Shown piece after piece: positions 45,214 to 56,403 of a DNA stretch of 64,000 nt. The stretch is from Diplonema japonicum (taxonomy: Eukaryota > Protista > Euglenozoa: Diplonemea). Where the stretch lies: the NCBI GenBank assembly GCA_964019335.1, contig OZ025706.1, positions 124,001-188,000 of the forward strand, written 5' to 3'. A model generated the notes under the pieces. The model saw only the letters and a list, made by a program, of their open reading frames with translations. It was not told the origin of the DNA and made no database searches. The position numbers and the translations under genes are program-made. Each line of letters begins with the position of its first letter. Position 1 is the stretch's first letter.

Positions 45214-45277
45214 ACAGCGGCCACCCTTGTGAGACTTCGCCCCGAAGCCTCCCAAGTCCCCTGTGGTCCCGTAGAAA
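45214..45277. repeat. 64-bp dispersed hairpin element, copy 1
   Basis: 63/64 identical to 58496-58559. Confidence 0.85.
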
Positions 45278-47108
45278 AGTTTTTTTCCGTTGAGGAGATG
45301 CAACTTAACTTACCCAAATGGGTTGCCGAAGCCAGTGGAAAAAAGCGCTTTTCTCAATGGTAGAAATAACAATGTAAAAATAAAAGGAGTGTGTGGGGTG
45401 TGGTATAAAAAAATAAAAAAAAAAGAAAGTACGAGGGAAGCATCGAGGAAAGGGGTGAAAACTCTTTGGCGCATCAACAAGTGCGCTTTTTTTTTCTTTT
45501 CTTTTTTTTTAAAAAAACAAGAATCACAACAAAGAATGGAAAGAAGAAAAAGGGAAGGGGGGGAGACACAAAAAAAAAAAGAGATACTCATTCATCGAAA
45601 AGCTTATGTTACGTAAACTAAAAATAAAAAGGGGGTTTTTTTTTTCTTCTTCTTCCCTCCTTTCTTCTTTTTCTTCTTCCTCAACTAATGAAAAGTAGAT
45701 TTCTAAGCTAATTGTTTACGGTATTCTTTTCCCTTTTGGTAAAACTATTTTTAAAACCAGGAAATAGGAATGGGAAATTGACAAGGCACATAAATCTTCC
45801 TCCTTTTACAAAAAAAGGGGGGGAAGAGGGGGTAAAAGTATTTGAACAAAAGGTTTTAAAAGTTCCATACCTGAGGCTACAGCTTAGCACTAACTTTTCA
45901 TTAGTTCTCTCATTATATATATTTTTTTTTTGAACGAGGTGCTTTGCCCACGTTCCCCCACCCCAATTAAAAAAAAGAAAAATAGCAAAGGCCTGTTTTC
46001 CCTGGCAAGTGCTTTCGGTTTTTTTTTTTTTTCTTTTCTTTTTTTTTCTTTTTGAAAAAACATTTTCTTTTATAGGATTTCTTCTTCTTTCTTTCTCTCC
46101 TGGGGGTAGGGGGGGGCTTTTTTTTTTTGCTAAAACGTGGCTTAAACTCCCTTTTAAATGGAGGAAACAATGGGGAAAGGATAGGTGCAGTGGTGGGGGG
46201 AGGGGATGTCGAACTATGTGTACGAATTCAAATGATTTCTTTTTTTCTTTTTTTTCCCTCCCCCATCCCTTGCTCACAAAAAAGCCCATGTCAGCAAGGA
46301 CGGAACTGTGGTGGTCAACCAAAATGTTTTTTTTTTTTTTTCTTCTTTTTCCCCGAGGAAAAAAAAAAAAATTCTTTTTACAAGGATAGTTCTTTTTTTT
46401 TTTTCTTTTTTTTTTTTATAGCTTCGAAGGATAAGAGAGGTGAATTGAGGGGAGAAAAAAATATAGGAGAAAATAAAGTGAGACAAATTCAATAGTCCCG
46501 TGTAGGGGTTCCCCCCCCCTTTTTTTTTTCTCCTCATGTTTTCCTTTTATTTCTTTCTCTCCCACAACACCCCCCTCCCCTGACCTGCGGTCGTAGGTAG
46601 TAAAGCTAGGTGAATTAGAGGAAGCGAGGGGTGATAAAAAAAAAAAACCTTTTTAAAAAAAAGGGGGCAGTTTTAGAGGACCATGCCCAGTTCTTTCCTT
46701 TTATAAAGAAAAAAAAATCTTTTTTAAACGAAGCTATAATGGGAGGGGGTGGGTGGGGTAGGAGGTTTGTTAGCAACTACCCCACCAAAAAAAAAGGTGC
46801 ATTGCAATTTAAAAAACAGGGGGGGAGTTAGGTCAAACATTTTAATAAAAAGCAAGATTTTTTTTTAAAATTACCTTCCTCTTGTTTTTTTTTTTTTTTG
46901 GTTTTGGTCTTTTTCTTATTTTTTTTCCCTTTATTATTTTAAAAAAGAGGCGAGATATTTCTCTCTTTTTAAGAACAAAAAAAAAAAAAAAAAAAAAAAA
47001 CACACAATACAAAGACAAAAGGGACGGAGCCTCAAAGCTAGATCTTTCGGCTCAAAAAAAAAAAGTTTGGTCTCTACATAACTTTTATCTCATGCCCTTT
47101 ATCAGCAC

Positions 47109-49154
47109 TTAAGCTGTCCAAGTCCTGGTCATGAAGGCATTGAGGCCAGGGACAGAGGCGGCGGCCTCAGTCAGGGTGCGCGGGAGGCCTTCATCCTCGT
47201 CATCACGCTTTGAAGTCTTGTCGAAGTGCATCTTGATCACAAACTCCATGCCGCCTGCCTGCACGGTCATCCCATTGAGAACAGAGCAGGCCACGAGGGC
47301 GTCCTCGGTAGTCTCCATCACAACAGAGGCACCACCAGGCCCTGTCACGTTGGCCCCCTTCACCCTCCCGTAGGTCCCGTCAAGCGTCTTCCCCTTCGTC
47401 GAGAAGAGCGTCACAAGGTCGTCCCCGCTCACCCCCTCTGGGACATCCCACAACACCAGGCTGTCGCAAGGCTTTGCGAGGTTGTAAGCAGGCGGTGAAG
47501 GCGGCTGTGGTGTGAGGTTTTGTTTTTGTTTCGTTTCGTTCTCCTTTTCTCAACACACCGTCTCGTTCGTGAGGACTGTGCACATCCTCGACTCCAGCTC
47601 AGTGTTCGCACCGCTCCAGTGCATCGCGTTCGCGTTCTTGCTCTGCTTGACATCCCACTTCGCCCCCCACAAGGGGACGGCAGACAGGTGCTCGATGCAC
47701 GCCTTCGCGTACTCACTGCTCTTGAACTGCACGATCGCCGACCCCTCGTACTTGAACAGCATCTTCACAGCCACGATGTCCCCGTACATCCCGCACAGCT
47801 TCCACAGCTGGTTCGCACTGAACCCCCCGTGCTTGTCCACCCCGGTCAGCTTCTCTTCGATGTCCTTGTCAGTTGTGATCTTGCTGATGTGCACGCAGTC
47901 GCCCACCTGTAGGGAGGAAAAGGTTTCGATTGGATACGGATCAAAAAGGCCCAACCCTCCAATTATTCTTCATTTCTTTTTTCTTCACACACCTGACCCT
48001 CGGGAATCCCTCGCTGGGGTCCGCTCGTGTCCACAGGGATCTGTCCTTGGAACTGCGACTCCTGATGGGGGGGTTGTTTTGTTTTGTTTTGTTTTGTTTT
48101 GTTTTGTTTTGTTATTTTTTCTTTTCTTCTCTTTTCAAAAAAAAAAAAAAAAACACAAACCTGTTGGGGGTCAAGCCAACCCTCACCAAGCACCCACACT
48201 CCCCACAGGAAGTCCCTGATCCTCCACTGCCACATCTGACCGAGCTGTGTCAGGGCAGAGCGGATGTCGATCTGGCTCAGTCGTGCCTGTTGTTTGTTGT
48301 TTGTTGTATCCCCCCCCCCCCCCCCCCCCCTCCTCCTCCTCCTCCTCCTCCTCTAACACACCTGCACGAACTGCCATTTCAAGGTCTCGTTGATCTGGGA
48401 GTAGTCCCTGTTCTTCTGGTCCTGGTTCTTGAAGGTGAGCTCAGGGAGCTTTGAAGGAACGATCGCGAGCTGTGGTGTGGTGTTTTCATTCCATTGTGTG
48501 GTTCTATACCTGACAGCTTCCCGTACCAGGCGTGCCGTTCGGGGTCTGGGGAGGGCTGCTGAACTTGATGTTCCTGCCGTTCAAGTATGCCATTGCCTGC
48601 GGGTGTGTATTTGGTTGTTTGTCCTGTACACATACCGTGCTCGCCTGTTCCTGGCTCGCGTACTGCACAAGGACCTGGTTCTTGAGGTTCTTCGTGAAGG
48701 AGGAGAGCTTCTCGACCGTCCCGAACTGGGAGAAGATCCAGAAGAGCTCGTCCATCATGATGGTGGCGCTGAGGTTCTTGAGGACAACGAGAAGGATCCT
48801 GGTCTGCGAGGTAGGGATCTGGTTCCTCGCTCGCGGCTGCGCTCGGATCTCTTGCTTGTCCGAGTAGATGAGGTTCAAGAGGTGCGTCCCGTCGGGCCTC
48901 CTCATGCACACCTGGTCGGGGCTGCTGATGTACAGGTCCATGATGTGCCTCGCCTCCTCGATGTCCCCCATCTGCACAAACCCGATCATGCGGTCCGTCA
49001 GCAGCAGCGACTTGATGCATGACGTGTTTCGTGTCGCCCCGTCCCTGTCCGTGAAGGTGTAGCTCTTCGCCCATGCCTCAAGGTCCTTCTCCGTCACCCC
49101 AGAAGGCACGCTGCGGATCATCAGCACAGGGCTCGCAGTCATAACCCCAGACAT
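47109..49154 (-). CDS. PTB/hnRNP-L-like multi-RRM protein, copy 2 (same six introns)
   Basis: Essentially identical to copy 1 at an offset of ~3985 bp, introns included; different last ~30 codons and flanks. Confidence 0.85.
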
Positions 49155-49494
49155 TTTGAGATACCACCAAAAAAGATAGAAATGAAGAAAAAGTTAGTTT
49201 GAAAAAGAAAAAGGTTTCGGGTGGCAAGCGAGAAAGAAAAAGTGGTTAGAAATTTGATTCTGTGAGTGGTTTTTATTTTTTGTTTTTATTTCCCCTTCCT
49301 CCCCACAGTATTTGCGAAAATAACATAAAAAAAAAACAAAAAAAAGAAGAAGAAAGAAGGGAAAAAAAAAGAGAAAAAAAAAAAACAAATAAAAGAGGAA
49401 CTGGCCGTTACGTGCTGGGTAGAAAGCTGGTGAAGGTTATAAACCCGTAGCAACATACTGTCTACATTCCCCTCAAAAAGACTTCGCGAAGGTT

Positions 49495-49528
<34 letters not shown>

Positions 49529-49529
49529 A

Positions 49530-50603
49530 CTAATTGTAAGAAGGCTTAGTGTCCTTCGCCAGAGTCTGGAAGATCTTGACGAAGGATTCCAGCGTCTCCT
49601 TATCGTTGGTGTGCAGAGCAAAGAGGCCGGCCAAGTTGGCGTATGGCTGCACCTGACTGGCGGACGTAGCGATCTCACCAGCCTGAGACTTGTCGGTGCA
49701 GTTGTACAACGAAAGAACTGCCTCAGAAGGTGTGAAGTCGAGGTTGACATCAGACTCCTTGTAAGTGTAACACTCAGTCGCTCCAGAGGCTATGAGGGGC
49801 GACAGCTTAAGCAGTACCCCACCACGTGACTCGAGAATGGCTTGAGCGGCGCAGGTGTCCCACCTGCTGACACCCCTGTCCTGGAAGTAACACATCTTAG
49901 GCCCGCCTTCGAGAAGCATCAACATTTTGTTCCCGACGCCGCCAGACTTGACACGTTCTGCGGGTTTTGTTGCCATGTAATTCTCGATGAAGGTGCTGAT
50001 GCCTCCATTTGAAGTCAGAACATGAGACCCAACAGGTGCGGGTTCCTTGCACTGTGTGATGTTACCACTGGTGTAACCTTCAGAGAGGCATCCGCTTGCC
50101 CATGTAGGTGGGTTCGACAAAGGGCGGTACACAATCCCTGCTACGGGTTTTCCTTCAATGGCGAACCCAATGCAGATGGAGCACTGTTCGCCAAGGCCCG
50201 TTGAGAACTCACGGGTGCCGTCGATGGGGTCGATGAAGGCTGTCAGGGTTGAGAAAGTCTTGTTATCATCCGAGAGAAGCGTTTTCTTCAGTTCATCGAA
50301 CTTCTCCGTTATCTTTGTGATGGACTCCTCGACCTCCTTCGGGATAGTCAGGTCGCCCACCATGAAGGGGCTCTGTTGAATTTGTACAGTGGCATCCTCC
50401 TCACCCACGATTTTTACACCAGTGTTTCCCAGAAGCTTTTCCGCCACGAGGCACTGGACCAGCCCGTCCGCCACGGTGAAAATAGATTTGTCGGCCTTTT
50501 CCTTTGCCGTTCCTTTTCCGATCATCCCGTAGAGCTCCGTGAGCATGGGGGTCATCTCCTTGCAAGCCACTTCACAGCATCTGAGCAAGTTGGTCAACGC
50601 CAT
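49530..50603 (-). CDS. Inositol monophosphatase-family phosphatase, probably 3'(2'),5'-bisphosphate nucleotidase-like
   Basis: KADKSIFTVAD, IVGEE, FIDPIDGTREF, WDTCAAQAIL motifs; start MALTN at 50603. Confidence 0.88.
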   Translation of the reverse strand: MALTNLLRCCEVACKEMTPMLTELYGMIGKGTAKEKADKSIFTVADGLVQCLVAEKLLGNTGVKIVGEEDATVQIQQSPFMVGDLTIPKEVEESITKITEKFDELKKTLLSDDNKTFSTLTAFIDPIDGTREFSTGLGEQCSICIGFAIEGKPVAGIVYRPLSNPPTWASGCLSEGYTSGNITQCKEPAPVGSHVLTSNGGISTFIENYMATKPAERVKSGGVGNKMLMLLEGGPKMCYFQDRGVSRWDTCAAQAILESRGGVLLKLSPLIASGATECYTYKESDVNLDFTPSEAVLSLYNCTDKSQAGEIATSASQVQPYANLAGLFALHTNDKETLESFVKIFQTLAKDTKPSYN

Positions 50604-50863
50604 TCTTTTTTTTTCTCTTTTTTGTTTTAACAATATTATTGTCGAGACTAAAAACTAGTTGATGGCAGCGTAATGAGCTATTTTATTAGGTAAAATTCCG
50701 CTCGTGCACACAAACAAATGGAGCGCCAAACTAGTTTTTTTATTTCACCCCCTTTAGGAATAAGACCCACGTAATAGGAAGAAGAAAAAAAAAAAAAGAG
50801 AAAACCGAACTGACATAAATGTAAAAAAAAAAAAAAACACTAATGATTGCCTCTCTTTCCTCT

Positions 50864-51748
50864 CTACGTGGGTTTCATCCGCAACATTGCGTCTCTAATC
50901 TCTTGTTGGTCCTTTTGCCACTTGATCTGCGAGTCTGGTGTGTCTGCAAGATGCGCGAGGGAAGCAGGGAAACTGTAGCTTACCCCTGGGTGTAGCATAC
51001 GTGCTTCAGTGAATGACGCAAGAAGGATGTTTTGTTGCCCTTTCCGACCGCCCTCACGATGGGTCCACATCATCTGCGCCGCTTTGCTGGAGGGGACCCA
51101 CATGATGGTGTAGCCGTCTCTGCCGGCCCGCAGAATCGGCACGAGTTCTTCTTCATTCTGCTCCACCCTCTTCACGAGTTCCTCGGGGGCTAGGTAGAAG
51201 TCCTTCTGACGGAAACCTGGCTCGTCCTCATACTCTGTCGCGTGCAGGTATGAAGAGAGCATTATGTACCCAACGAAAAAGCTCGCTAGGGATTTCCAAA
51301 AGAATTTGAACCGTTCTTGCTGGAACTGGTCCATCACAGACATGGGGTGGTTGGTGGTAGCTTGCATATGGGCGAGAAGTTGCTCCTCTCGAAAGTCGTC
51401 CTTGAAATCTGGCATTCCCCTGGCCTGCCCGTTTAAGTAGGGGAACGCTTCTTGTATAGTTCTGGGGGAGTACAGGTGCCCGGACTTCTCCCTTTCTTCC
51501 ACGATCTCTGCCCAGGTCTTCTGCGCTACGACTCTTGATGATTTCGGTTCCTGTTGAGGAACATCGGCCGTGTTGTCCTCTGTGGTTGCCAGCGAACTTA
51601 TCTCCTGTTCGGACATCCCCAGGCTGCTTCTCATTTGAGACATTCTCCCTCTTAAAAACCGTGTGTTCGCTAATTCTGGACTGGTGTCCGGGACCTTTAT
51701 GTCCTTGCTCTCCTGCCACACCACGCGTAGAAGTCCGGTGCGACGCAT
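50864..51748 (-). CDS. Hypothetical single-TM protein with a mitochondrial-type presequence
   Basis: 294-aa ORF; short Arg-rich N-terminus MRRTGLLRV; one hydrophobic segment FFWKSLASFFVGYIMLSSYL. Confidence 0.7.
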   Translation of the reverse strand: MRRTGLLRVVWQESKDIKVPDTSPELANTRFLRGRMSQMRSSLGMSEQEISSLATTEDNTADVPQQEPKSSRVVAQKTWAEIVEEREKSGHLYSPRTIQEAFPYLNGQARGMPDFKDDFREEQLLAHMQATTNHPMSVMDQFQQERFKFFWKSLASFFVGYIMLSSYLHATEYEDEPGFRQKDFYLAPEELVKRVEQNEEELVPILRAGRDGYTIMWVPSSKAAQMMWTHREGGRKGQQNILLASFTEARMLHPGVSYSFPASLAHLADTPDSQIKWQKDQQEIRDAMLRMKPT

Positions 51749-51948
51749 TGTTATTGCACTTACGGACCCCTCTCCTCACAACCCCCTTTTTTTTTTGTTT
51801 AGACAAGTCAAAGAGTCGGGGAAAAAAAAAAGAAGAATAAAAAAAAAAAGGGTGTGGAAATTTTTTTTTTTTCCCCTCCCGTGAAAAGGGTAAGAAAAGG
51901 CAAGAGAGAAAAAAAAAATTGATGGTAGAGGGAGGGGGGAATGACCGG

Positions 51949-51980
<32 letters not shown>

Positions 51981-52038
51981 ATGATGAAAAAAGAAGGAAA
52001 AAAATGAGAAAAAAAAATTTAAAAAAAAAAATTTTTTT

Positions 52039-52415
52039 TTAGACTTTTCGCTTCCTTCCTTTGTTAGGGTTCTTTGACGAGTAAGAGGACTTCGAGGCTC
52101 TGACGTGCTGCGGCTTTTTCTTATCACGCGAGTCAGCTGCAAACATCCAGTCGTCTGACAACAGTGACGCGACGTAGTCCTCCCGCTTCTCATCAAGGTT
52201 GTATTTTCTACCGCAGTTTAGAAGCTGGTCCTCCCTGATCACGTAGGTCTTGTTGGTGCCCGCGCGACCGCCTCTCGGCTTGGGGATGTTAAAGATGGTC
52301 CCCCTGACACCAATTTTTCTACGCGGGTTTATCCAAATTTCCTCTTCCCCATTTTCGTTTATTGAATAGCTCACTCTCTTCAATGTGTCACCTGATCCAC
52401 AATCGGGGCAGAACT

Positions 52416-52450
<35 letters not shown>

Positions 52451-53495
52451 CTTGAATTAACGCTACCTGTCTGGTGGTGTCCTTCACAATCGTGAAGCAT
52501 CCGTGGCAGCGTAGAACCCATTTCTTCAAATGTTTCACTCTGTACCCTTCTACGCTGACAACTTGAACGCCTGCATGCATCAGCACGTTCTGCATCGCAA
52601 AATCTGTTGTCATGCACCCAACATTTCTGTGTTTTTTTTTTTTTTTTTTTTTTTCTTCTGTAGCCCACCTGTCGTCTGTCGAATCGCTGCCAAATTTGTT
52701 GGTGCACCCGCTGTAGTCCTTGATGTTCTCCTTCGTGATCCAACCCCCTTCCACCTCCTCCGCCTCTTCTTTGACTTCTTCCCCCTCGCCGTCGGCCTTC
52801 AAAATCTGTTCTTTTTCCTCCCCTCCTTCTTCTTCTTCTTCCTCCTCGGGTTTTTCCTCACCAGCTTGTTCCGGTTTTTTGTCGTCGATTTGTTCCTCGT
52901 TGGTTTGCCACTCGCCCCACCCTGGGAGGGATGGAACATTGGCAGATTTTACAGTCCCGCGGGGGGCCATGTTCACCTTGGGTTTTTGGCGAGCGGTTCC
53001 GGCAACAGCGAGGGTGGGCGGTGCTGAGAGAGACTTCATTTCCTCAGCAACTGTGTACGCCATTCCAAGCACACGAAGATCGACGCTTGACAGGGTGCCG
53101 AAGTCACCAGTGATCTTAGCCACTCGGATGACCTCCCTCATGGCCTCCTTGGTGGGCTCTCTGATGTTGATGGCAAATGGGAACGATTCAACAAAGTCAC
53201 GGGTTTTCTTGTCACGCACCTCAGTCATCACATCTTGAATAGTAACGAATTCATCTGCCATCTCTGCCAACCCTGTGGATCCCTTGATCAGACCACCAGT
53301 GTCAAGCACAAGCACTTTTCTATCAGGGCTGTTTTGCACAAGCTCCATCTTTTTGACCGCCTCTACCAGCTCAGCCGTCTCAGGTTGCTCTGCTTCGGTT
53401 TCTTCTGTTATCAGAGCCTTGCTCTGCACGACCTGAGGCTGGCTCTCCGGCCGGGGTACATCTTTATTCTTAGCTGCAATCGCTGCCCACGACAT
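52039..53495 (-). CDS. NOB1: Pre-rRNA site-D endonuclease NOB1; exons 53495-52669, 52626-52467, 52413-52039, ~453 aa
   Basis: MSWAAIA, PIN domain LVLDTGGLI..TGDFGTLSSVDL, GGWIT, TTDFAMQNVL, zinc ribbon LRCHGCF..FCPDCG joined by the 52414-52466 intron. Confidence 0.92.
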
Positions 53496-53644
53496 CTTCT
53501 TTTTTTTGTGTATTTTCTTTTTGTTTTGTTTTGTTTCTCTTCTTGGAGACTGTTAGGGGGGAGAGAGAGAGAGAGAACAAAAAGAAAGTGTGTGTGTGTG
53601 AATGTGTGTGTAAATGTCAATTTCTTTTTTTTTTTTTAATTATT

Positions 53645-53908
53645 TTACATCCCGAGTGCGGACCCAACATTAGCCATATTAGTTGTTTCTCCTGGGGTAG
53701 CATCCCTGAGTCCCTGTGCGTGTCCAGCTTTGTATCCTGCCGCGAAGCCCGTGGCCTTCCCGTTCTGCACCCCCATGCTCCCAGATTTCCAGATATAAGG
53801 GCGGCAGCTTCCCATCTCTACCTCGTTCTTACCGAGGAGATGGCTCTGTGTGAGGGAGGATTTGAGGCCCGAGGGGAAGTTCTTCGGTTCACCCCATTGG
53901 AACGCCGG

Positions 53909-53911
<3 letters not shown>
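53645..53911 (-). CDS. 88-aa small protein with GxxxG repeat (paralog 1)
   Basis: About 54 of 87 residues identical to the 54059-54322 product without indels; VEMGSCRPYI and GFAAGYKAGHAQGL conserved through synonymous changes. Confidence 0.85.
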
Positions 53912-53947
<36 letters not shown>

Positions 53948-54058
53948 ATAAAAAAAACTGACTGCCGGGGGAGAGAAAAAAAAATGTGTGGGAGAATAAA
54001 AAAGGGGGGGTCGTAGTGTAATGGTGGAAGTAAAGAAAAGTGAGAGAGAGAGAAAACC

Positions 54059-54322
54059 CTAAAAGAGCCCAGCACCAATGTTGCCGAGGTTGCTGCTCTC
54101 GTCAGGTACGGCGTCTTTCAGTCCTTGAGCGTGCCCCGCCTTGTACCCTGCAGCGAAACCCTGTCCCTTACCATTGGCTACGCCCATGGAGGCTGAGGCA
54201 TAAATGTACGGGCGACAGCTTCCCATCTCCACCTGATCCGGCCCCAGCAGGTTGTTCCCTACCATTGCCGACTTGAGGCCAGCAGGGAAACCCTTAGGCT
54301 GGTTCCAGGAGAATTTAGTCAT
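54059..54322 (-). CDS. 87-aa small protein with GxxxG repeat (paralog 2)
   Basis: As paralog 1; ATG preceded by an A-tract like neighbouring genes. Confidence 0.85.
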   Translation of the reverse strand: MTKFSWNQPKGFPAGLKSAMVGNNLLGPDQVEMGSCRPYIYASASMGVANGKGQGFAAGYKAGHAQGLKDAVPDESSNLGNIGAGLF

Positions 54323-54344
54323 TTTTTTTTTTGTATGTAGTGTT

Positions 54345-54391
<47 letters not shown>

Positions 54392-54400
54392 TTTGAAATG

Positions 54401-54442
<42 letters not shown>

Positions 54443-54913
54443 AAACAGAACAATAATGGTAAATTAATTATTATTGCTGCCAAAACGAGAAAAAGAAAAA
54501 AAAAAAAAAGGAGAGAAAATATAAAAGAGAAAAACTACAAACACGACAGCACACTCAACCCCCCCTGGGCACCACTCAGAGAAAGAGACTGTGGCCCTTT
54601 GAGCAGAACCCAAGGCCCACCTGTGTGCTTGCCACTTTCGAAACTGTGGCTTTGCGTCATTCTTGGTGGAGACAGCGGCGCAAATCCGCATGTTGCAATT
54701 GCCAACAGGGAAAGAAATGGTAGCACGGTTGTTTTTTCTGACGCTCTGCTTGGCTCTGCGTTCGTCAAACCCAAACAGGGCCACCGCCGTCCCCACAATT
54801 GTGGCGAAAACGGTGTCCTTGGCCAGGGGGTCAGTTAGAACGCCGTGCAACGTGGTTGTGAATAAGGAAGAAGGCGAAATAAATCAAAGAAGGTTTGGAG
54901 TCAGTCAAGTAAA

Positions 54914-55300
54914 GGACAGTGGAAGGTGGAAAAACTTTTCGAGGATACCGTGGTGGTGGAAATAATTTTCGAAGTTACCGTGGAAGGTGGAAAAAGCCTT
55001 GGTGGTTACCGTGGATGGTGGGAAACATTTTCGAGGTTACCGTGGATGATGGGAAATAAATTTTCAAGGTTACCGTGGATGATGGGAAATAATTTTCGAG
55101 GTTACCGTGGATGGTGGAAATATGCCGCAAGTTGCCGTGGTTGATGGATTTCAAAAGTGTGGTTACTGTGGATGGTGGGCAAAATATTTTGAAAACGTGT
55201 TTGGTGGATATGAAATTGCAAGTTTCCGTGAACAATAGAGAAATATATTCGAGTTACCGTGGACAAAGGGCAAAAAACAGGTTACAGAGTTTGGTGGAAA
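54914..55300. repeat. Degenerate tandem array, ~12-13 units of ~30-33 bp, core GGTTACCGTGGATGRTGG
   Basis: Core recurs near 54943, 54974, 55004, 55035, 55068, 55100, 55131, 55161 and in decayed form to ~55295. Confidence 0.85.
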
Positions 55301-56403
55301 ATCCAAATTCGCTTGGCGTGTTTGTAGTTTTCCTCAATATAAAAAAATGAAAAGGCAGTTTCACCCCCCCCCCCTTTTTTTGTTTTAACCTTCTGTTGGA
55401 TGAATCCGCACCTTTCAATAGAATAAAATTTAAAAATACAGCCCCCCCCCCCCCCCCATCACGCCGGAGTTCCAAAAAAAAAAAAAAAAAAAAAGGAAAG
55501 GCAAAGGCAATAAGGTGTTTGCGTCATGGGCTATACAAGCTAAGTTCTGAATCTAACCTAATGTTGTCTTGAATAAATAATAAAAAAAAAAAAAAAAGAA
55601 AAAGGGGACGCAAAGGAGAGATACGAAAAGCAAAAGGAAGCGTCACCTGAAGGGGTATTCTTGTGATATAAGCAACGGTGATGAAGAAATCTTTGCGCGA
55701 ACTATTGTGAGAATCTGTGGAGGAGTCAGAGAGTCTTAAAAAAAAAGGGGGGGGGAAGCTTACATCAGAGACTCTTCTTCTCCTTCAAATCTATGTGTGA
55801 CTATCTTTTTTCCGTTTTTTTTTTTTTTTTTTTTTTCGTTCTTTAGTTCTAATCCGTTGCCAATGTGAATGTAAAAAACTATTCTGTTAACTGAATGTGC
55901 AATCTTTCTGTTGGCGCGCTTGCAACGACACCAGCCATCGCCAACGTGCCAAAAAATAGGCTAAACTCGCACTGTCCGGTGAGCTTTAAGAGAGATAACG
56001 TTACAGATGTGGCGTGCCACACGCTTAGGCCTCACGACCGGGGAGGGGGGGCACTTATCTTTCGCCCGTAAGCTAGAGTGCGCATGCTTCCCCAGCTCGC
56101 TTTAGAGGTGTTTGCCAACACTTGTTGCGGTGAATCCAAGGGGGAAATAAAAAAAAAATAAAAAAAAGGAAGAAAGAAATTGGTATCAGTTGTAAATATA
56201 AGGGGGTCGCACAAAAAAAGAATTCCGTAATAAATAATTAGCAAAGGCATGTTATTCTCTTCTTCTTTTTTCTTTTCTTTTCTTTTTTTTTTTTTGCTTC
56301 CTTTTGCAGATTCGATATATATAAAAAAAAAAAAAAAAAAGAGAGAGAGAGAGAAAAAGAAGAGGAAAAAAAAAAAAGAAAAAAAAAAAAAAAAAAAGAA
56401 ATA

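Noticed and set aside
52380-52743. Programmed frameshift or split gene in NOB1
   Set aside because: A canonical GT-AG intron at 52414-52466 restores the frame exactly.
54464-54850. 128-aa minus-strand ORF beside the tandem array
   Set aside because: No ATG context like neighbouring genes, no motif, and it runs into homopolymer; possibly TE debris.
54914-55300. CRISPR-like repeat-spacer array
   Set aside because: Linkers are ~13 nt and related to each other, repeats are degenerate, no cas genes, eukaryotic context.
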